Part shown: one piece after another, positions 1-12,530 of the stretch | Numbering within the stretch: position 1 is the stretch's first letter | Layout: every line of letters starts with the position of its first letter | NCBI GenBank assembly: GCA_051313645.2 | Contig: JBNRSN020000001.1 | Span: 560,418,001-560,482,000, forward strand | DNA from: Centroscyllium fabricii | Taxonomy: Eukaryota | Direction of reading: 5' to 3' | Length of the DNA: 64,000 bases | Program-made: the position numbers and the translations under genes | The notes under the pieces: model-generated | Told to the model about the DNA's origin: nothing | Database searches by the model: none | Seen by the model: only the letters and a program-made list of their open reading frames with translations

Positions 1-217
1 TCCCTCTGGAATACCGACACTCCGTTGGTCACGCGGAAGTGGTAGAGCCGACCGTTCGCCTCGAAGGCGGTGTACGGGCGGTCGGCTTTCCGGATCGGGA
101 GTTGGTGATACGCCGACTTAAGGTCGATTGTGGAGAACACCTTGTACTGGGCGATCTGGTTAACCATTTCCGAGATGCGGGGGAGGGGGTAGGCGTCGAG
201 CCCGGTGTAGCGGTTAA
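1..217 (-). mobile_element. Gypsy RT fragment of the element-E family (runs off window edge)
   Basis: Reverse complement closely matches ~60030-60263 (INRYTGLDAYPLPRISEMVNQ..YKVFSTIDLKSAYHQ); 15-nt deletion near 35; joined to a CR1 piece at TTAATGGT. Confidence 0.85.
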
Positions 218-925
218 TGGTGAGACCACACCTGGAATACTGCATACAGTTTTGGTGTCCATACTTAAGAAAGGACATACTCGCTCTTGAGTCAGTACAA
301 AGAAGGTTCACTCGGTTAATCCCAGGGATGAGGGGTTGGACATATGAGGAGAGGTTGAGTAGATTGGGACTCTACTCATTGGAGTTCAGAAGAATGAGGG
401 GAGATCTTATTGAAACATATAAGTTTGTGAAGGGGTTGGATCGGGTGGATGCGGGGAAGATGTTCCCAATGATGGGTGAAACTAGAACTAGGGGTCATAA
501 TCTTAGAATAAGGGGCTGCTCTTTCAAAATTGAGATGAGGAGAAACTACTTCACTCAGAGGGTAGTAGGTCCATGGAACATGCTGCCCCAAAAATCTGTA
601 GAAGCTACTTCATTACATAAATTTAAAACAGAAATAGACAGTTTCCTAGTAGTAAAAGGGATTAAAGGTTACGGGGAGCGGGCAGGAACTTGGACATGAG
701 TCTAGGTTCAGATCGGTTATGGCCCTGTGGGTAGTGGAGCGGGCCCAGGGACCGTGTAGCCTGATCCTGCTCCTATTTCCTGTGTCTAATTCTGTTAGAT
801 GCAGGAGATGCTTCTGTGATAGTCGGTTGGTTGTCAGGATCAGATCAGCCATGATCTTATTGAATGGCGGGGCGGGCTCGAGGGGCCGATTGGCCTACTC
901 CTGCTCCTATTTCTTATGTTCTTAC
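217..925 (+). mobile_element. CR1/HER1-type LINE 3' end (ORF2 C-terminus + 3'UTR)
   Basis: VRPHLEYC.QFW.P..RKDI.ALE.VQRRFTRLIPGM..YEERL..LGLYSLE.RR.RGDLIE; tail GATCAGCCATGATC..GGCCTACTCCTGCTCCTATTTCTTATGTTCTTA. Confidence 0.93.
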
Positions 926-1571
926 AAGTACTAATTAGGTTGAAATGTTTAGGAGGAAACTGGATTCATTCCTGTTTCATCAGGAACATGGATATGGAAT
1001 AGAGGAAAGATGAAAAATAGTCAGCTCAGGTCCTGAAACAGGAGCTGGAGGAAGGAGCAAACTGGATGGATTGAATTTGCCTTTCTGATTCCTCTGTTCT
1101 TATGTTATAGTTTAAATCCAGCTTGTAACCAGCCATGCATGTGCAAACAGATGTTGGCAGCACTAAATAGCTTACCAGATTTTTCTTTTACGAGCTCTCC
1201 GAATCGTTTTCATCGCATAAAGAATGGCATGAAGTAACTGAGAATAAAGGCAAAGCAACCTCCCCCCCCCCCCCCACCGCCTCGGATGGTAAATGTACAA
1301 GCCCTGATGTGTTTCTTTTTTACCCTATTAATATTTCACCTAAATTGGGTTTTCCCCCTTCTTTTCAATAAAATATAACCATCTAAACGATTGGTCTGTC
1401 TTTTATAAGCTAATTTTTAAATGATTTCCTCCCCCCCCCCGGCAATGTTTAAATGTTCTTCCCGCAGCCCGTACGATAAAGTCCTTTCTTGAAGAGGCAG
1501 CGTGTGGTGTGATCCAGGATTCAAGATTTAAAAATAATGAAGTGAATCATTAACATGGAGTAAACGGGCAG

Positions 1572-1849
1572 TGTGGTAAACCTGTGTTATACCACTGTCA
1601 TTGTATCATAATGTACCTGTAAATACCTTGCTGCTAACTCTGTACATATCTGTAAATACCTGATTGCAGGAGCTTGCCCCGGCTGACCCCGCCTCTGACT
1701 CCTCCTCTGGGTCTAGGTATATAGGTGGCTGCTTACCATCCCCCGGTCAGTACTGCCCGGAGCTCAGCCGAGACACGTTCCATTCTTCAGTGAATAAAAG
1801 CCTTTAGTTAAGGTAACTCTTCGTCTTTGGTCTAATTGACGATACGTCA
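1572..1849 (+). mobile_element. Solo LTR, element-E-like Gypsy family
   Basis: TG..CA ends, TATATA, AATAAAAGCC, end TTGACGATACGTCA shared with element E LTRs; flanks GGCAG/GGCAT (5-bp TSD, 1 mismatch). Confidence 0.85.
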
Positions 1850-2415
1850 GGCATATTTTACAAAATCGGGACAGGAGAATCAAGGAATGAGATAAACTAA
1901 AGAAGCTGCAGGATAAATTAAACTTAGACTGATAATTTGTCCTTGCACAGCCATTAAACTCTAACATCAAAAGAACAACGCTAATCCAGATGTAAAATAA
2001 AAAGTAAGCATTTCAGACTTGTTTTATCCTCTTTCCTGTAACTTCAAAAATATGTTTTAACACTATTGGTTTTAGGCTTGGAGGACGCTTTGGAATGCTG
2101 CTCTGTGGGCCAGGATTTAAATGCACCTGTAAAAAGTGGAAATTCATAAGAGCATAGCAATTGCTGGATGATAAAAGACCACGGTCCATCTAGTTTGCCT
2201 TCGGCCATTCTGGCAGTCGCTCCAATCAGTTTCTGTGGGGTCAGTTTCTGCTCCACTGCTAATACACTCCTGTTGGCTCCCACCCTGTTCTGGATGCTGC
2301 TCCCCGATACTGAACAATTATGCCTACACTATCTGATCATGCCTTCAAATGCAATCCTCATAGGAAGACCTAGACTGTTAGCAGCTTGTTCGACCCAAAT
2401 TAAGCTTTCAACCTC

Positions 2416-2442
2416 ATATATATATATATATATATATATATA
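2416..2442. repeat. (AT)n microsatellite
   Basis: Perfect AT dinucleotide run directly 5' of a SINE. Confidence 0.95.
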
Positions 2443-2838
2443 GGGCGGCACGGTGGCATAGTGGTTAGCACTGTTGCCTTACAGCACTAGAGACCCGAGT
2501 TCAAATCCGGCCTCGGGTACCATCTGTGTGGAGTTTGCACATTCTCCCCATGTCTGTGTGGGTTTCCTCCGGGTGCTCCGGTTTCCTCCCACAGTCCAAA
2601 GATGTGCGGGTTAGGTTGATTGGCCAGGATAAATTGACCCTTAGTGTTAGGGGGATTGAATATGTGGGGTTACGGGGACAGGGTAGGATATGTGTCGGTG
2701 CAGGCTCGAGAGGGATATGGGGACAAGGTAGGGACAGGGTACTGGGTTTGGATGATCAGCCATGATCCTATTGAATGGCGGAGCAGGCTCGAAGGGCCGA
2801 ATGGCCTACTCCTGCTCCTATCTTCTATGTTTCTATGA
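2443..2838 (+). mobile_element. Full-length tRNA-derived V-SINE (HE1-like) with CR1/HER1 tail
   Basis: A box TGGCATAGTGG, B box GTTCAAATCC, V-domain GTGTGGAGTTTGCACATTCTCCCC..GGGTTTCCTCCGGGTGCTCCGGTTTCCTCCCACAGTCCAAAGATG, LINE-like tail ending TCTATGTTTCTATG. Confidence 0.9.
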
Positions 2839-2847
2839 TGCAATGAT

Positions 2848-3137
2848 CATAAGAACATAACATAAGAACATAAGAAGTAGGAGCAGGAGTCGGCCATACG
2901 GCCCCTCGGGCCTGCTCCGCCATTCAATAGGATCATGGCTGATCCGAACTTAGACTCACGCCCACTTCCCTGCCCGCTCCCCGTAACCCCTTATTCCCTT
3001 ATCAGCTAGGAAACTATCTCCGTTTGAAATTTATTTAATGTTGCAGCTTCCACAGCTCTCTGAGGTAGCAAATTCCATAGATTTACTACCCTTTGAGTGA
3101 AGAAGTTTCTCCTCATCTCAGTTTTGAAAGGGCAGCC
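2848..3137 (-). mobile_element. CR1 LINE 3' end, part 1 (split by element A)
   Basis: (CATAAGAA)n tail and FKTEMRRNFFTQRVVNLWN; continues at 7216. Confidence 0.92.
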
Positions 3138-3382
3138 TGTAGCGCCGGCAGGCCTAGGAACCACACGTGAGCCAGAGCTAGAGAAAAACACAGCTTTAAT
3201 CACTAGTACAAAACAAGAAAGAGAGTGAACCACTCGAGACAGGCATATTTAAACGGCCCCGCGGTTGGTGACGTCATCACGTCGGCCGACGTGATGACAT
3301 CGTCGCGTCACCCGGATGAGCGGGGCTTTGCTCCGCGGAGTCCCCGTGGTGGATTCGATGTCCCTGTGGGCGTACCGCCACA
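3138..3382 (-). repeat. Element A 3' LTR
   Basis: Near-identical to 6971-7215. Confidence 0.95.
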
Positions 3383-3424
3383 CAGCTCCCCCCAGAATCC
3401 GTCCGGGAGGCATAGTGACAGTGT

Positions 3425-6400
3425 CTATGTGTGCCGTTGGGGTGGCCGGATGATGCGGCCGGACCGTGTTGCTAGTAGTCTCTGGTTCTGCGGTGGAGTG
3501 TGGGCGGGTTTTGTTGCGGGAGGGCGACCACGTTGTGGTGGTTGTGCGGGGACCGTGGTCAAGCCTGCTATCACATGTGCCGGCTTGAGCCGGTCTATTG
3601 TTACAGTGTCAGTCCTGTTACCCATCTGCAATTCGAAAGCTTTCGCTCCCGCCCGAAGCACTCTGTAGGGGCCATCGTAAGGTGGCTGTAGTGGAGATCG
3701 GTGTCCGTCGCGCCGGACGAACACAAATTTGGCATTTTTAATGTTGTCTGGCACCCGAGCTACCGGCTCTCCGTGCCGGGCCACTGGTAGTGGCTGGAAA
3801 GCTCGTGCCGGGTTAGCAAAATCTTTTAAATACTGGTCGGCTGACCAGGGAGCGTTGGGCTCAGCCAGGAACTCGCCCGGCACCGTTAAAGTTTGGCCGT
3901 AGACGAGCTCCGCTGCCGAGGCGTTGAGGTCTTCTTTGACTGCCGAGCGCAGCCCGAGGAGGACCCATGGAAGGCGGTCGGTCCACGATGCGTCCTTTAG
4001 CGTGGCCCGTAGTGATGCCTTCATCGAGCGGTGGAACCGTTCGCATAGGCCGTTCGCCTGTGGGTGGTATGCGGTGGTTCGGTGTAGCGTTACCCCGAGG
4101 TCGCGGGCGATGGCCGCCCATAATGCCGACGTAAACTGGGGTCCTCTGTCAGAGGTGATGTCTGTGGGCACGCCAAATCGGGCGACCCAGGTGGCGATGA
4201 ACGCCCTGGCCAAGTCCGTGGTGCCGGTGGCGGTGAGGGGGACTGCTTCTGGCAAGCGAGTGTTGCGGTCGACCATGGTCATTAGGTGCGTGTGGCCCCG
4301 GGATGGCGGTAGTGGCCCGACGAGATCTATGTGGACGTGGTCAAAACGCCTGGCCGGTACTTTAAAATTTTCCAGCGGTGCCCTGATGTGCTTATTCACT
4401 TTGGAGCGCTGGCAGGCTATGCAGGAGCTGGCCCAGGCGCGGACGTCTTTGCGCAGGCCGCGCCATACGAAACGGGCCGATATTAGCTTAATGGACGCGC
4501 GGGCGCCGGGGTGGGACAGGTCATGGAGGGTCCTAAAGATATGTTGCCTCCAAGCGTGGGGCACGACGGGCCTGGGTTGCGGTAACGAGACGTCACAGCA
4601 GACGACGGTGGCAGCGGGGCCGTGTGCGATATTGGCCAAGTGGAGGCCGGGGAGATTGGTTGCTGCGTTGAGTAGGTCAGGGTCAGCCTGCTGGTCAAAT
4701 ACGGCCCCGACCGCGTGGTCGGAGGCGTCGGTGGTGAGGGCTACTCTGGCGTTGGGCCTGGGGTGGGCTAGGAGGGTGGCGTTTGCCAGGGCGGTTTTAG
4801 TTGCGGTGAAGGCGGTGGCGGCGTCGGCCGTCCACTCGACCGCAGCCTTGTTGGACTGCCCGCGGGTGGCCTGGTATAAGGGGGCCATGAGAGCGGCTGC
4901 TCCCGGGATAAAACGATTATAAAAATTCACCATGCCCAGGAATTCCTGCAGCCCTTTAATGGAGTGCGGGCGAGGGAATTCTTGTACCGCTTGCACCTTA
5001 GAGGGCAGGGGTATGGCCCCTGTTTGGGAAATGCGGTGGCCGAGGAAGTCAATGGTCTCGAGGCCGAATTTACATTTAGTGGGGCTTAAGATAAGGCCGT
5101 GTTCGGTAAGGCATTGGAACAGGGTCGTCCTGTGGTGCAGGAGGTGTTCCTGGGGGGAGGTGCTGGCCACGAGGATGTCGTCCAAGTAGACGAAGAGGAA
5201 CTTCAAGTCCCGCAGGACCGAGTCCATGAGGCGCTGGAAGGCCTGGGCCGCGTTTTTAAGGCCGAAGTGCATCCTCAGGAACTCGAAGAGTCCGAAGGGG
5301 GTAATTACGGCCGTTTTGGGAATATCCGCCGGGTGCACCGGAACCTGGTGATAGCCACGCACCAGGTCGATCTTAGAAAAGATCGTACAACCCGCTAACC
5401 TGGCGGAAAAATCCTGGATGTGGGGTACGGGGTACCTATCCGGGGTGGTGGCGTTATTAAGGCGGCGGTAGTCGCCGCAGGGGCGCCAACCTCCGTCGGG
5501 CTTGGGGGCTATGTGGAGCGGAGAGGACCAGGGGCTGCTGGAGCGGCGGATAATACCGAGTTGCTCCATAGTGCGGAACTCGGTGCGCGCGATCTCCTGC
5601 TTGGCCGGGTCGAGCCTGTGGGCATGGACGGGCGGGCCTGTGGTGGTAATAAAATGTTCCACCCCGTGTTTGGCCTTGCGGGCGGTAAACGTGGGGTTGG
5701 TTAGGGCGGGGAACTCTGCCAGGAGCGTGCCGTAGGCATCGGAGTCCCTGGAGCGGCATTGGGCTGCCGCGTGGGCCACGAGTGCGGGCCCTGTGGAGCA
5801 TGGGATGGTCGTCATGGTGTTTAAATTCAGCAAGCGGCGCCGAGTTACATCGACCAGTAGGCCGTAGGCGCAGAGGAAGTCTGCCCCGAGGAGGGGAGAA
5901 GTGACCTGGGCCGTTACAAAATCCCAGGTGTACGCGTGGCTTGCAAGGGTTATAGTTAGCTTGCGGGTGCCGTACGTTTTTATATTAGAGCCGTTGGCTG
6001 CCGCTAGTGGCGGGCCCTGGGTACCTCGTTTAGTTTCTGCAGGGGAGGCTGGCACAATGCTGTGCTGCGCGCCTGTGTCGCAGAGGAACCTGAGGCCTGT
6101 ACCGCTGTCTGTGGCGAAGAGCAGTGCTCCTGTGTGGCCTACAGACATGGTGGGGGCTGAGTTGGGCCGTGGCTTGAACGCGCATGGCTGGACGCAGCGG
6201 TGCGCTTTGTGTTCGAACCGCGTGTGGTAATAGCACCAGCCGGTGCTAGAGGGACGCGGTTGTCTGGGCGGGCGCGGGGCCCTAGGTTCAGGCGTAACGT
6301 TGTGCCTGGGGGGTGATTGGCTGCGCTCTACCGATGCGGAGTTAGGGTCGCACGTGGTTGAGCGGGTGCGCTGCGCCTCCATGAGCCTGTCGGCCTCCTC

Positions 6401-6883
6401 TCCGAGTTCGTCATCGCTCCGGTGGCCAAGGGCCGCCAAGGCCGGTCTGATGGCGCGGGGCAGTTTGAGGAGGAAGACGGTGCGGAAGAGGGAGGCCGGG
6501 TTGGGTGTGAGCACTTGCATCTGATCTAAGAGGTCCGATGGGTCTGCATCCCCGAGTTCGGGGAGGTGGAGGAGCTGGCAGTCGCGCTCAAATTGGGAGG
6601 GGGTAAATTTCTTGATGAGCGCGGCCTTAAGCGTTTCATACCTGCCTGCGCTGGGCACGCGCTGGATTTTTGACCACATCCGATCGATCGTCGTCTGTGG
6701 TAGGGCTGTGAACACCAGGTCGTAGCGGTCGTCCCCTTGGATGCCATGTGTGCGGCAGCTGGCCTCAATACAGGTGAACCAGGCCGCTGGCCGTTGCTCC
6801 CAGAACTCGGGTAGGGTCAATCCACGCCCGGCGTTCTGTCCCGCTCCTTGCGTTCATGGAGCTTGGTTTCTTGGGTTAACCAT
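3425..6883 (-). pseudogene. Element A gag-pol (gag, protease, RT, truncated RNase H, integrase)
   Basis: LPEFW..P.AWF, CYYH..C..PC, LCDTGA, YLDD, HHCC, DLVG..SDRG..E, GPY; in-frame ATG at 6883 is followed by TGA at 6854-6856; RNase H breaks off after [13 protein letters not shown]. Confidence 0.9.
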
Positions 6884-6957
6884 GTTTTCTGTTAAAAGTC
6901 TTTGGCTGGTGGTCCCAGATCCTGCGGCAGCTTATCTTCTCTGGAAGTCGTTCCAGT

Positions 6958-6969
6958 TCGGGGTCACCA
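6958..6969 (-). promoter_or_regulatory. Primer-binding site complementary to tRNA-Trp 3' end
   Basis: TGGTGACCCCGA 1 nt after the 5' LTR; matches the 3' end TCGGGGTCACCA of vertebrate tRNA-Trp. Confidence 0.88.
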
Positions 6970-6970
6970 C

Positions 6971-7215
6971 TGTAGCGCCGGCAGGCCTAGGAACCACACG
7001 TGAGCCAGAGCTAGAGAAAAACACAGCTTTAATCACTAGTACAAAACAAGAAAGAGAGTGAACCACTCGAGACAGGCATATTTAAACGGTCCCGCGGTTG
7101 GTGACGTCATCGCGTCGGCCGACGTGATGACGTCGTCGCGTCACCCGGATGAGCGGGGCTTTGCTCCGCGGAGTCCCCATGGCGGATTCGATGTCCCCGT
7201 GGGCGTACCGCCACA
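6971..7215 (-). repeat. Element A 5' LTR
   Basis: Near-identical to 3138-3382; next to the PBS. Confidence 0.95.
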
Positions 7216-7513
7216 AGCCCCTTATTCTAAGATTATGCCCCCTCGTTCTAGTCTCACCCATCAGTGGAAACATCCTCACCGCATCCACCCGCTCAAGCCC
7301 CCTCACCATCTTATATGTTTCGATAAGATCGCCTCTCATACTTCTGAATTCCAATGAGTAGAGGCCCAACCTACTCAACCTTTCCTCATAAGTCAACCCC
7401 CTCATCTCTGGAATCAACTGAGCGAACCTTCTCTGAACTGCCTCGAGAGCAAGTATATCTTTGCTTAAATATGGAAACCAAAACTGTATGCAGCATTCCA
7501 GGAGTGGCCTCAC
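7216..7513 (-). mobile_element. CR1 LINE 3' end, part 2
   Basis: VRPLLECCIQFWFPYL..ETRTRGHNLRIRG, joins part 1 across the AGCC TSD. Confidence 0.92.
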
Positions 7514-8189
7514 CGTTACCAGATCGTGGCGTTGTTGACTTATGGCAATCAATCTCTATCAATTAGCCTCCAACAGACCCAGATATGGCACGAGGAAAAC
7601 CCCAGTAGTGGAGAGCTTTGGGGATCATAGGTCTAAAGTCACCTTTCTCCTCCCAAGCATGCTACACGGACTACATGCCAGGGGTCTCATTATTCACATA
7701 CTGTTGTACCAAATGTCAGCCATTGTGACTTTCAGATCAGGTTCATCTAATCTCTGACAGAGTTGTCAGCCGATAATATTGGAGAGCTGGGGTATCACCA
7801 GCACATAAATGAGAAAACACAAAAGAAGAAATTCAAATCTGAAAGTGTAGAGTTATTCAGGGAATTAGACTCCTGAATTTTTAGCAATGACTCAGTGAGT
7901 AATCAAAACAAAGGCTTTTTGTTTGCTTTGGATTGAAAATAAAAATACTTAAAAACACTTAACCCCCTTCCATTTGATTGGAGTAAAGTTGAAACTTTTT
8001 CTTGGCATGTTTCTGCCAAAGCAGGATTGACTCATGAAAACATCACGCAAAAATAATTCCGCCATGCACTGTCATTGCAAGTGTTTGTAATTAATGAAGC
8101 CTGTGTGAATTATTTGGCTAAGACATCATAGGTTCGGCGCAGTCTTACACTAGACCAGCACAACATATCACTCTCCCTGCAGAATGTGG

Positions 8190-8490
8190 TGTGACCAAAA
8201 TAACGACCTCGTGGACGAGTAGTTAGAAGGGTGAAACAATACGGCTTTTATTCGCTAAATGGTGGACATGCACCAGCTAGTCGACCGTCCCCAGGAATGG
8301 CCGGGGGATGGGAGACGGCCGCTTATATACCTCCTCCTGGGAGGGAGGAGTCGCGGGTGGAGCCAGCATAGGCATGTCCATGTAATCGCACACAATAGGC
8401 TATGGTACAACATGGAGAACAGTGCGATTACAGTAATACAGATATATACATAACAGGGTGGATATATACAGGAAACAGTGGTTTACCACA
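8190..8490 (-). repeat. Element B 3' LTR
   Basis: About 7-8 differences from 12531-12832. Confidence 0.95.
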
Positions 8491-8554
8491 TTCACCCCTT
8501 CTTTAAAACAAAAGTCCGGCGGGGTGAACGCGACAGTTCTTTTTAATTTACAAA

Positions 8555-11500
8555 TTACAAATTAAGTCGCTCAGGCGGCCTGGTGATCCTGGTTGAGCGT
8601 CGCACCGCTGGTGGTGTCAGCGGCCGTGGAGTGGCCGGTCGGGTTGGTTGCACCGTTGGTGATGATGCCGGTTGGCGAGCGATGGTCGATAGTGTCGGTT
8701 GATTTCTCGTTGGTGCCCTTGCAGTGACAGTAGGTGGTGCGCTCTCTCCCTCGTCGTCTGACTCTAGGGGGCGTGTACTGTGGAGCCATGTTGGAGGCCA
8801 TGCCGTGCTGCCCACAGGTGCCGGGTGGACGTTCCGGGGTGCTGGGTTCTCGTGCCGGGGAGCATACCTTGGCGCCGGTGGCCCGGGTGGAGTGGCTGGC
8901 CGTCTTGGGTGCGCGGGCTGCTGGGCGGGGCTGGTTTTGGGGGTTCCCGCTGGCGCCAGGTCCTTGATGGACACGGTGTCCTCCCTCCCGTCGGGGTATG
9001 CCACGTAGGCGTACTGGGGATTGGCGTGCAGGAGGTGGACCCGTTCGACCAGGGGATCTGCCTTGTGGCCCCTCACGTGCTTCCGTAGTAGGACTGGTCC
9101 CGGGGATAGTAGCCACGATGGTAGCGAGGTCCTGGAAGCCGACTTCCTGGGGAAGGCAAAAAGTCGCTCGTGAGGGGTGGCATTAGTGGCCGTACACAGG
9201 AGGGACCGGATGGAGTGGAGCGCTTCAGGGAGGACGTCCTGCCAGCGGGCGACTGGGAGGCCTTTAGACCGTAGGGCTAACAGGATGGCCTTCCAGACAG
9301 TGGCGTTCTCCCTCTCTACCTGTCCGTTCCCTCGGGGTTATAGCTGGTAGTCCTGCTAGTGGCGATGCCTTTGGCTAGCAGGAACTGACGCAGCTCGTCA
9401 CTCATAAAAGAGGCCCCCCGGTCGCTATGGATCTAGCTGGGGTAGCCGAACAGAGAGAAGATGCTGTGGAGGGCTTTGATAACAGTGGCGGAGGTCATGT
9501 CCGGGCAGGGGATGGCAAAGGGGAAGCGGGAGTACTCGTCAATGATGTTGAGGAAGTACACGTTCCTGTTGGTGGAGGGAAGGGGCCCTTTGAAATCGAC
9601 GCTGAGTCGTTCAAAGGGGCGGTTGGCCTTGATCAGATGCGCCCGGTCTGGCCGATAGAAGTGCGGCTTGCACTCCGCACAGACCTGGCAGTTGCTGGTC
9701 ATGGTCTTGACCTCCTCGATGGAGTAGGGGAGGTTGCGGGACTTCACAAAGTGAACCAACCTGGTGACCCCCGGGTGGCAGAGGTCATTGTGTAGGGTTT
9801 GGAGGCGGTCTGTCTGTGCGCTGGCACATGTACCGCGTGATAGGGCGTCTGGGGGTTCGTTAAATTTCCCGGGCCGGTACAAGATATCGAAATTGAACGC
9901 GGAGAGCTCAATTCTCCACCTTAATATCTTGTCGTTCTTGATTTTACCCCGCTCTTTGTTGTTGAACATAAAAGCGACTGAGCGTTGGTCAGTCAGCAGG
10001 GTAAATCTTTTGCCGGCCAGGTAGTGCTTCCAGTGACGCACTGCTTCAACGATGGCCTGGGCCGCCTCCTTGACTGAGGAGTGACGGGTCTCGGGGCCCT
10101 GGAGGGTACGTGAGAAGAAGGCCACGGGTCTGCCCACCTGGTTAAGGGTGGCGGCCAGGGCAAAGTCCGATGCATCGCTCTCTACCTGGAATGGGACAGA
10201 CTCGTCCACGGCGTGCATCGTTGCCTTTGCAATGTCGTCCTTAATGCCGCAGAACGCCGCGCGGGCATCTGCGGACAGGGGAAATGAGGTGGATTTAAGC
10301 AGTGGGCGAGCTTTGTCCGCGTAATTGGGGACCCACTGGGCATAATAGGCAAAGAAACCCAAACACCGTTTAAGGGCCTTGGGGGAGTGGGGGAGGGGAA
10401 GCTCCAGGAGGGGGCGCATGCGGTCCGGGTCGGGACCGATGACCCCATTCTCCACAACACTGCCGAGGATGGCCAGGCGGGTGGTACTGAACACACATTT
10501 TTCAGTGTTATACGTCAGATTGAGTGTTTTGGCGGTGTGGAGAAATTTCTGGAGGTTGGCGTCATGGTCCTGCTGATCGTGGCTGCAGATGGTCACATTA
10601 TCGAGGTACGGGAAAGTGGCTCGCAGCCCGTACTGATCGACCATTCGGTCCATCTCCCTTTGGAAGACCGAGACCCCATTTGTGATGCCAAACGGGACCC
10701 TGAGGAAGTGGTAGAGGCGACCGTCAGCCTCGAAGGCAGTATAGAGACGGTCCTCTGGGCGAATGGGGAGCTGGTGATACGCGGACTTCAGATCTATGGT
10801 TGAGAAAACCCGGAACTGAGCGATCTGATTTACCATGTCCGCTATCTGTGGAAGGGGGTATGCGTCTAACTGGGTGAACCGGTTAATGGTCTGACTATAG
10901 TCCACTACCATCCGGTTCTTAGCTCCGGTCTTCACCACCACTACCTGCGCCCTCCAGGGGCTATTACTGGCCTCGATAACCCCCTCCTTCAGGAGGCGCT
11001 GCACCTCGGACTTGATAAAGTCCATGTCCCCAGCACTGTAGCGCCTACTCTTGGTGGCGACGGGCTTGCAGTCTGGGGTGAGGTTGGCAAAGAGCAAGGG
11101 AGGGGCGACCTTAAGGGTCGAGAGGCCACAGGTAGCGCGCCGAGGGTGCTGCACCGAGCGCCGGTTGCTGACCGTGAGCGGGGGAAGGGGCCCACCGTAC
11201 GCCATGGTAACGCTTTGGAGATGGCACTGGAAGTCCAGACCCAATAGCAATGGAGTGCAGAGCTGCGGCAGCAAGAAAAAGCTAAAGTCACTAAAGTGCA
11301 CGCCCCGCACCGTTAGAGCCACTGCGCAACGCCCGGAGACGTCCGCAGATTCTGATTTGGAAGCCATTGAGATCTTTTGGCTCGCTGGCATAACCTTAAG
11401 GGAGAGGCGCCTTACTGTTTCAGGATGAACAAAACTCACCGTGCTCCCGCTGTCGAAAAGGCACTCGACGTCCTGTCCGTTCACTCCCACTGGCATCATC

Positions 11501-12507
11501 GACTTCCCGAGTGATTGAGCCTTGTTCTGGTCCAGGGTCACCGATGCCAATATTGGATCAGACGATTCCTCTTGATCCGGCGAGAAGTCCTCCGGGGCCT
11601 GGTCCCAAGATGGCTGCCGCCATGTGGTGTACTGCGGAGGGGGTGGCTGGGTCCAATATGGCGTCTGCTGCCACGCGGTGTGCTGAGTGGGGGATGGCTG
11701 AGTCCAATATGGCTGCCCCCATGTTCCACACGCGGCACTGCCCGGTTTCGGTTTTGGGGCTGCAGTCGCCTTGCAGACTTTAGCGTAATGTCCCTTCTTC
11801 CCACATTTTGAACAGGCCGCGTCTCTTGCCGGGCAGCTGCATCTCGGATGCTGAGACTGCCCGCAGAAGTAGCATTTTGCTGTCTTAGCGTGGGCGGCTG
11901 CGATCATTTCTTCCGCCGGCCGTTGTGCCGGCGCTGTCCAAGTTGTCGGGGCTGGGCCCGTGTAGTTGCCGGAGTATGACGATAAGTTTAACGATGCCAC
12001 ATCCAGCGCGTTGCCCAGGTCCGCTGTTGCCTGCAGGTCAAGGCCGTTCTGTTCTAACAGCCGTTGTCTGATATAGTCCGACCTGAGGCCTGTAACATAT
12101 GCGTCTCTGATTAGACAGTTCACATGGACCTGGGCCGATTGCGCTCTGCAGTCACAGGCCCGTGATAGCACTCTCAGCGCTCGTAAAAATTCCACGCTGG
12201 ACTCACCGGGTTGCTGCTTTCTGGTAGCTAGAATGTGTCTGGCGTGGACGATATTGGGTGCCCGTTTGTACTCCGCCTTGAGGATCATGATAGCATTCAA
12301 GAATGATGATGCATCCACGATCATGGAGTACACCTGAGGGCCCACCTGGGCATTGAGGAGCCGCCGTTTGTCCTCTTCGGTCCTGACGACCGCTGCGTTC
12401 GCTCTCATGTACGCATTGAAACAGTCATACCAGTGCGAGAATGTGTTTGATGTGCCTGGTGTCCGGGGATCCAATTCGAACGTTGCTGGCTTGAGCATTG
12501 CGTCCAT
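8555..12507 (-). pseudogene. Element B gag-pol
   Basis: Two zinc knuckles, LFDSGS, YLDN, RNase H DAS..E..D..D, integrase; nonsense TAG at 9433-9435 and a 1-nt deletion near 9335 relative to element D. Confidence 0.9.
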
Positions 12508-12530
12508 CTTCAAAATTTAGCTAATAAAAT

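Larger units (their letters stand above)
3138..7215 (-). mobile_element. Element A: CsRn1-like Ty3/Gypsy LTR retrotransposon (4078 bp)
   Basis: 245-bp LTRs TG..CA; 4-bp TSD AGCC (3134-3137/7216-7219); tRNA-Trp PBS; PPT-like CTGGGGGGAG; CHCC-type gag motif. Confidence 0.93.

Noticed and set aside
2443-2515. tRNA gene
   Set aside because: A and B boxes belong to a SINE head followed by a V-domain and LINE tail; same for 47353 and 56492
3924-4922. 332-aa plus-strand ORF, and many similar ORFs overlapping the gag-pol and CR1 regions
   Set aside because: Antisense or alternate-frame shadows of GC-rich pol sequence with no recognisable motifs
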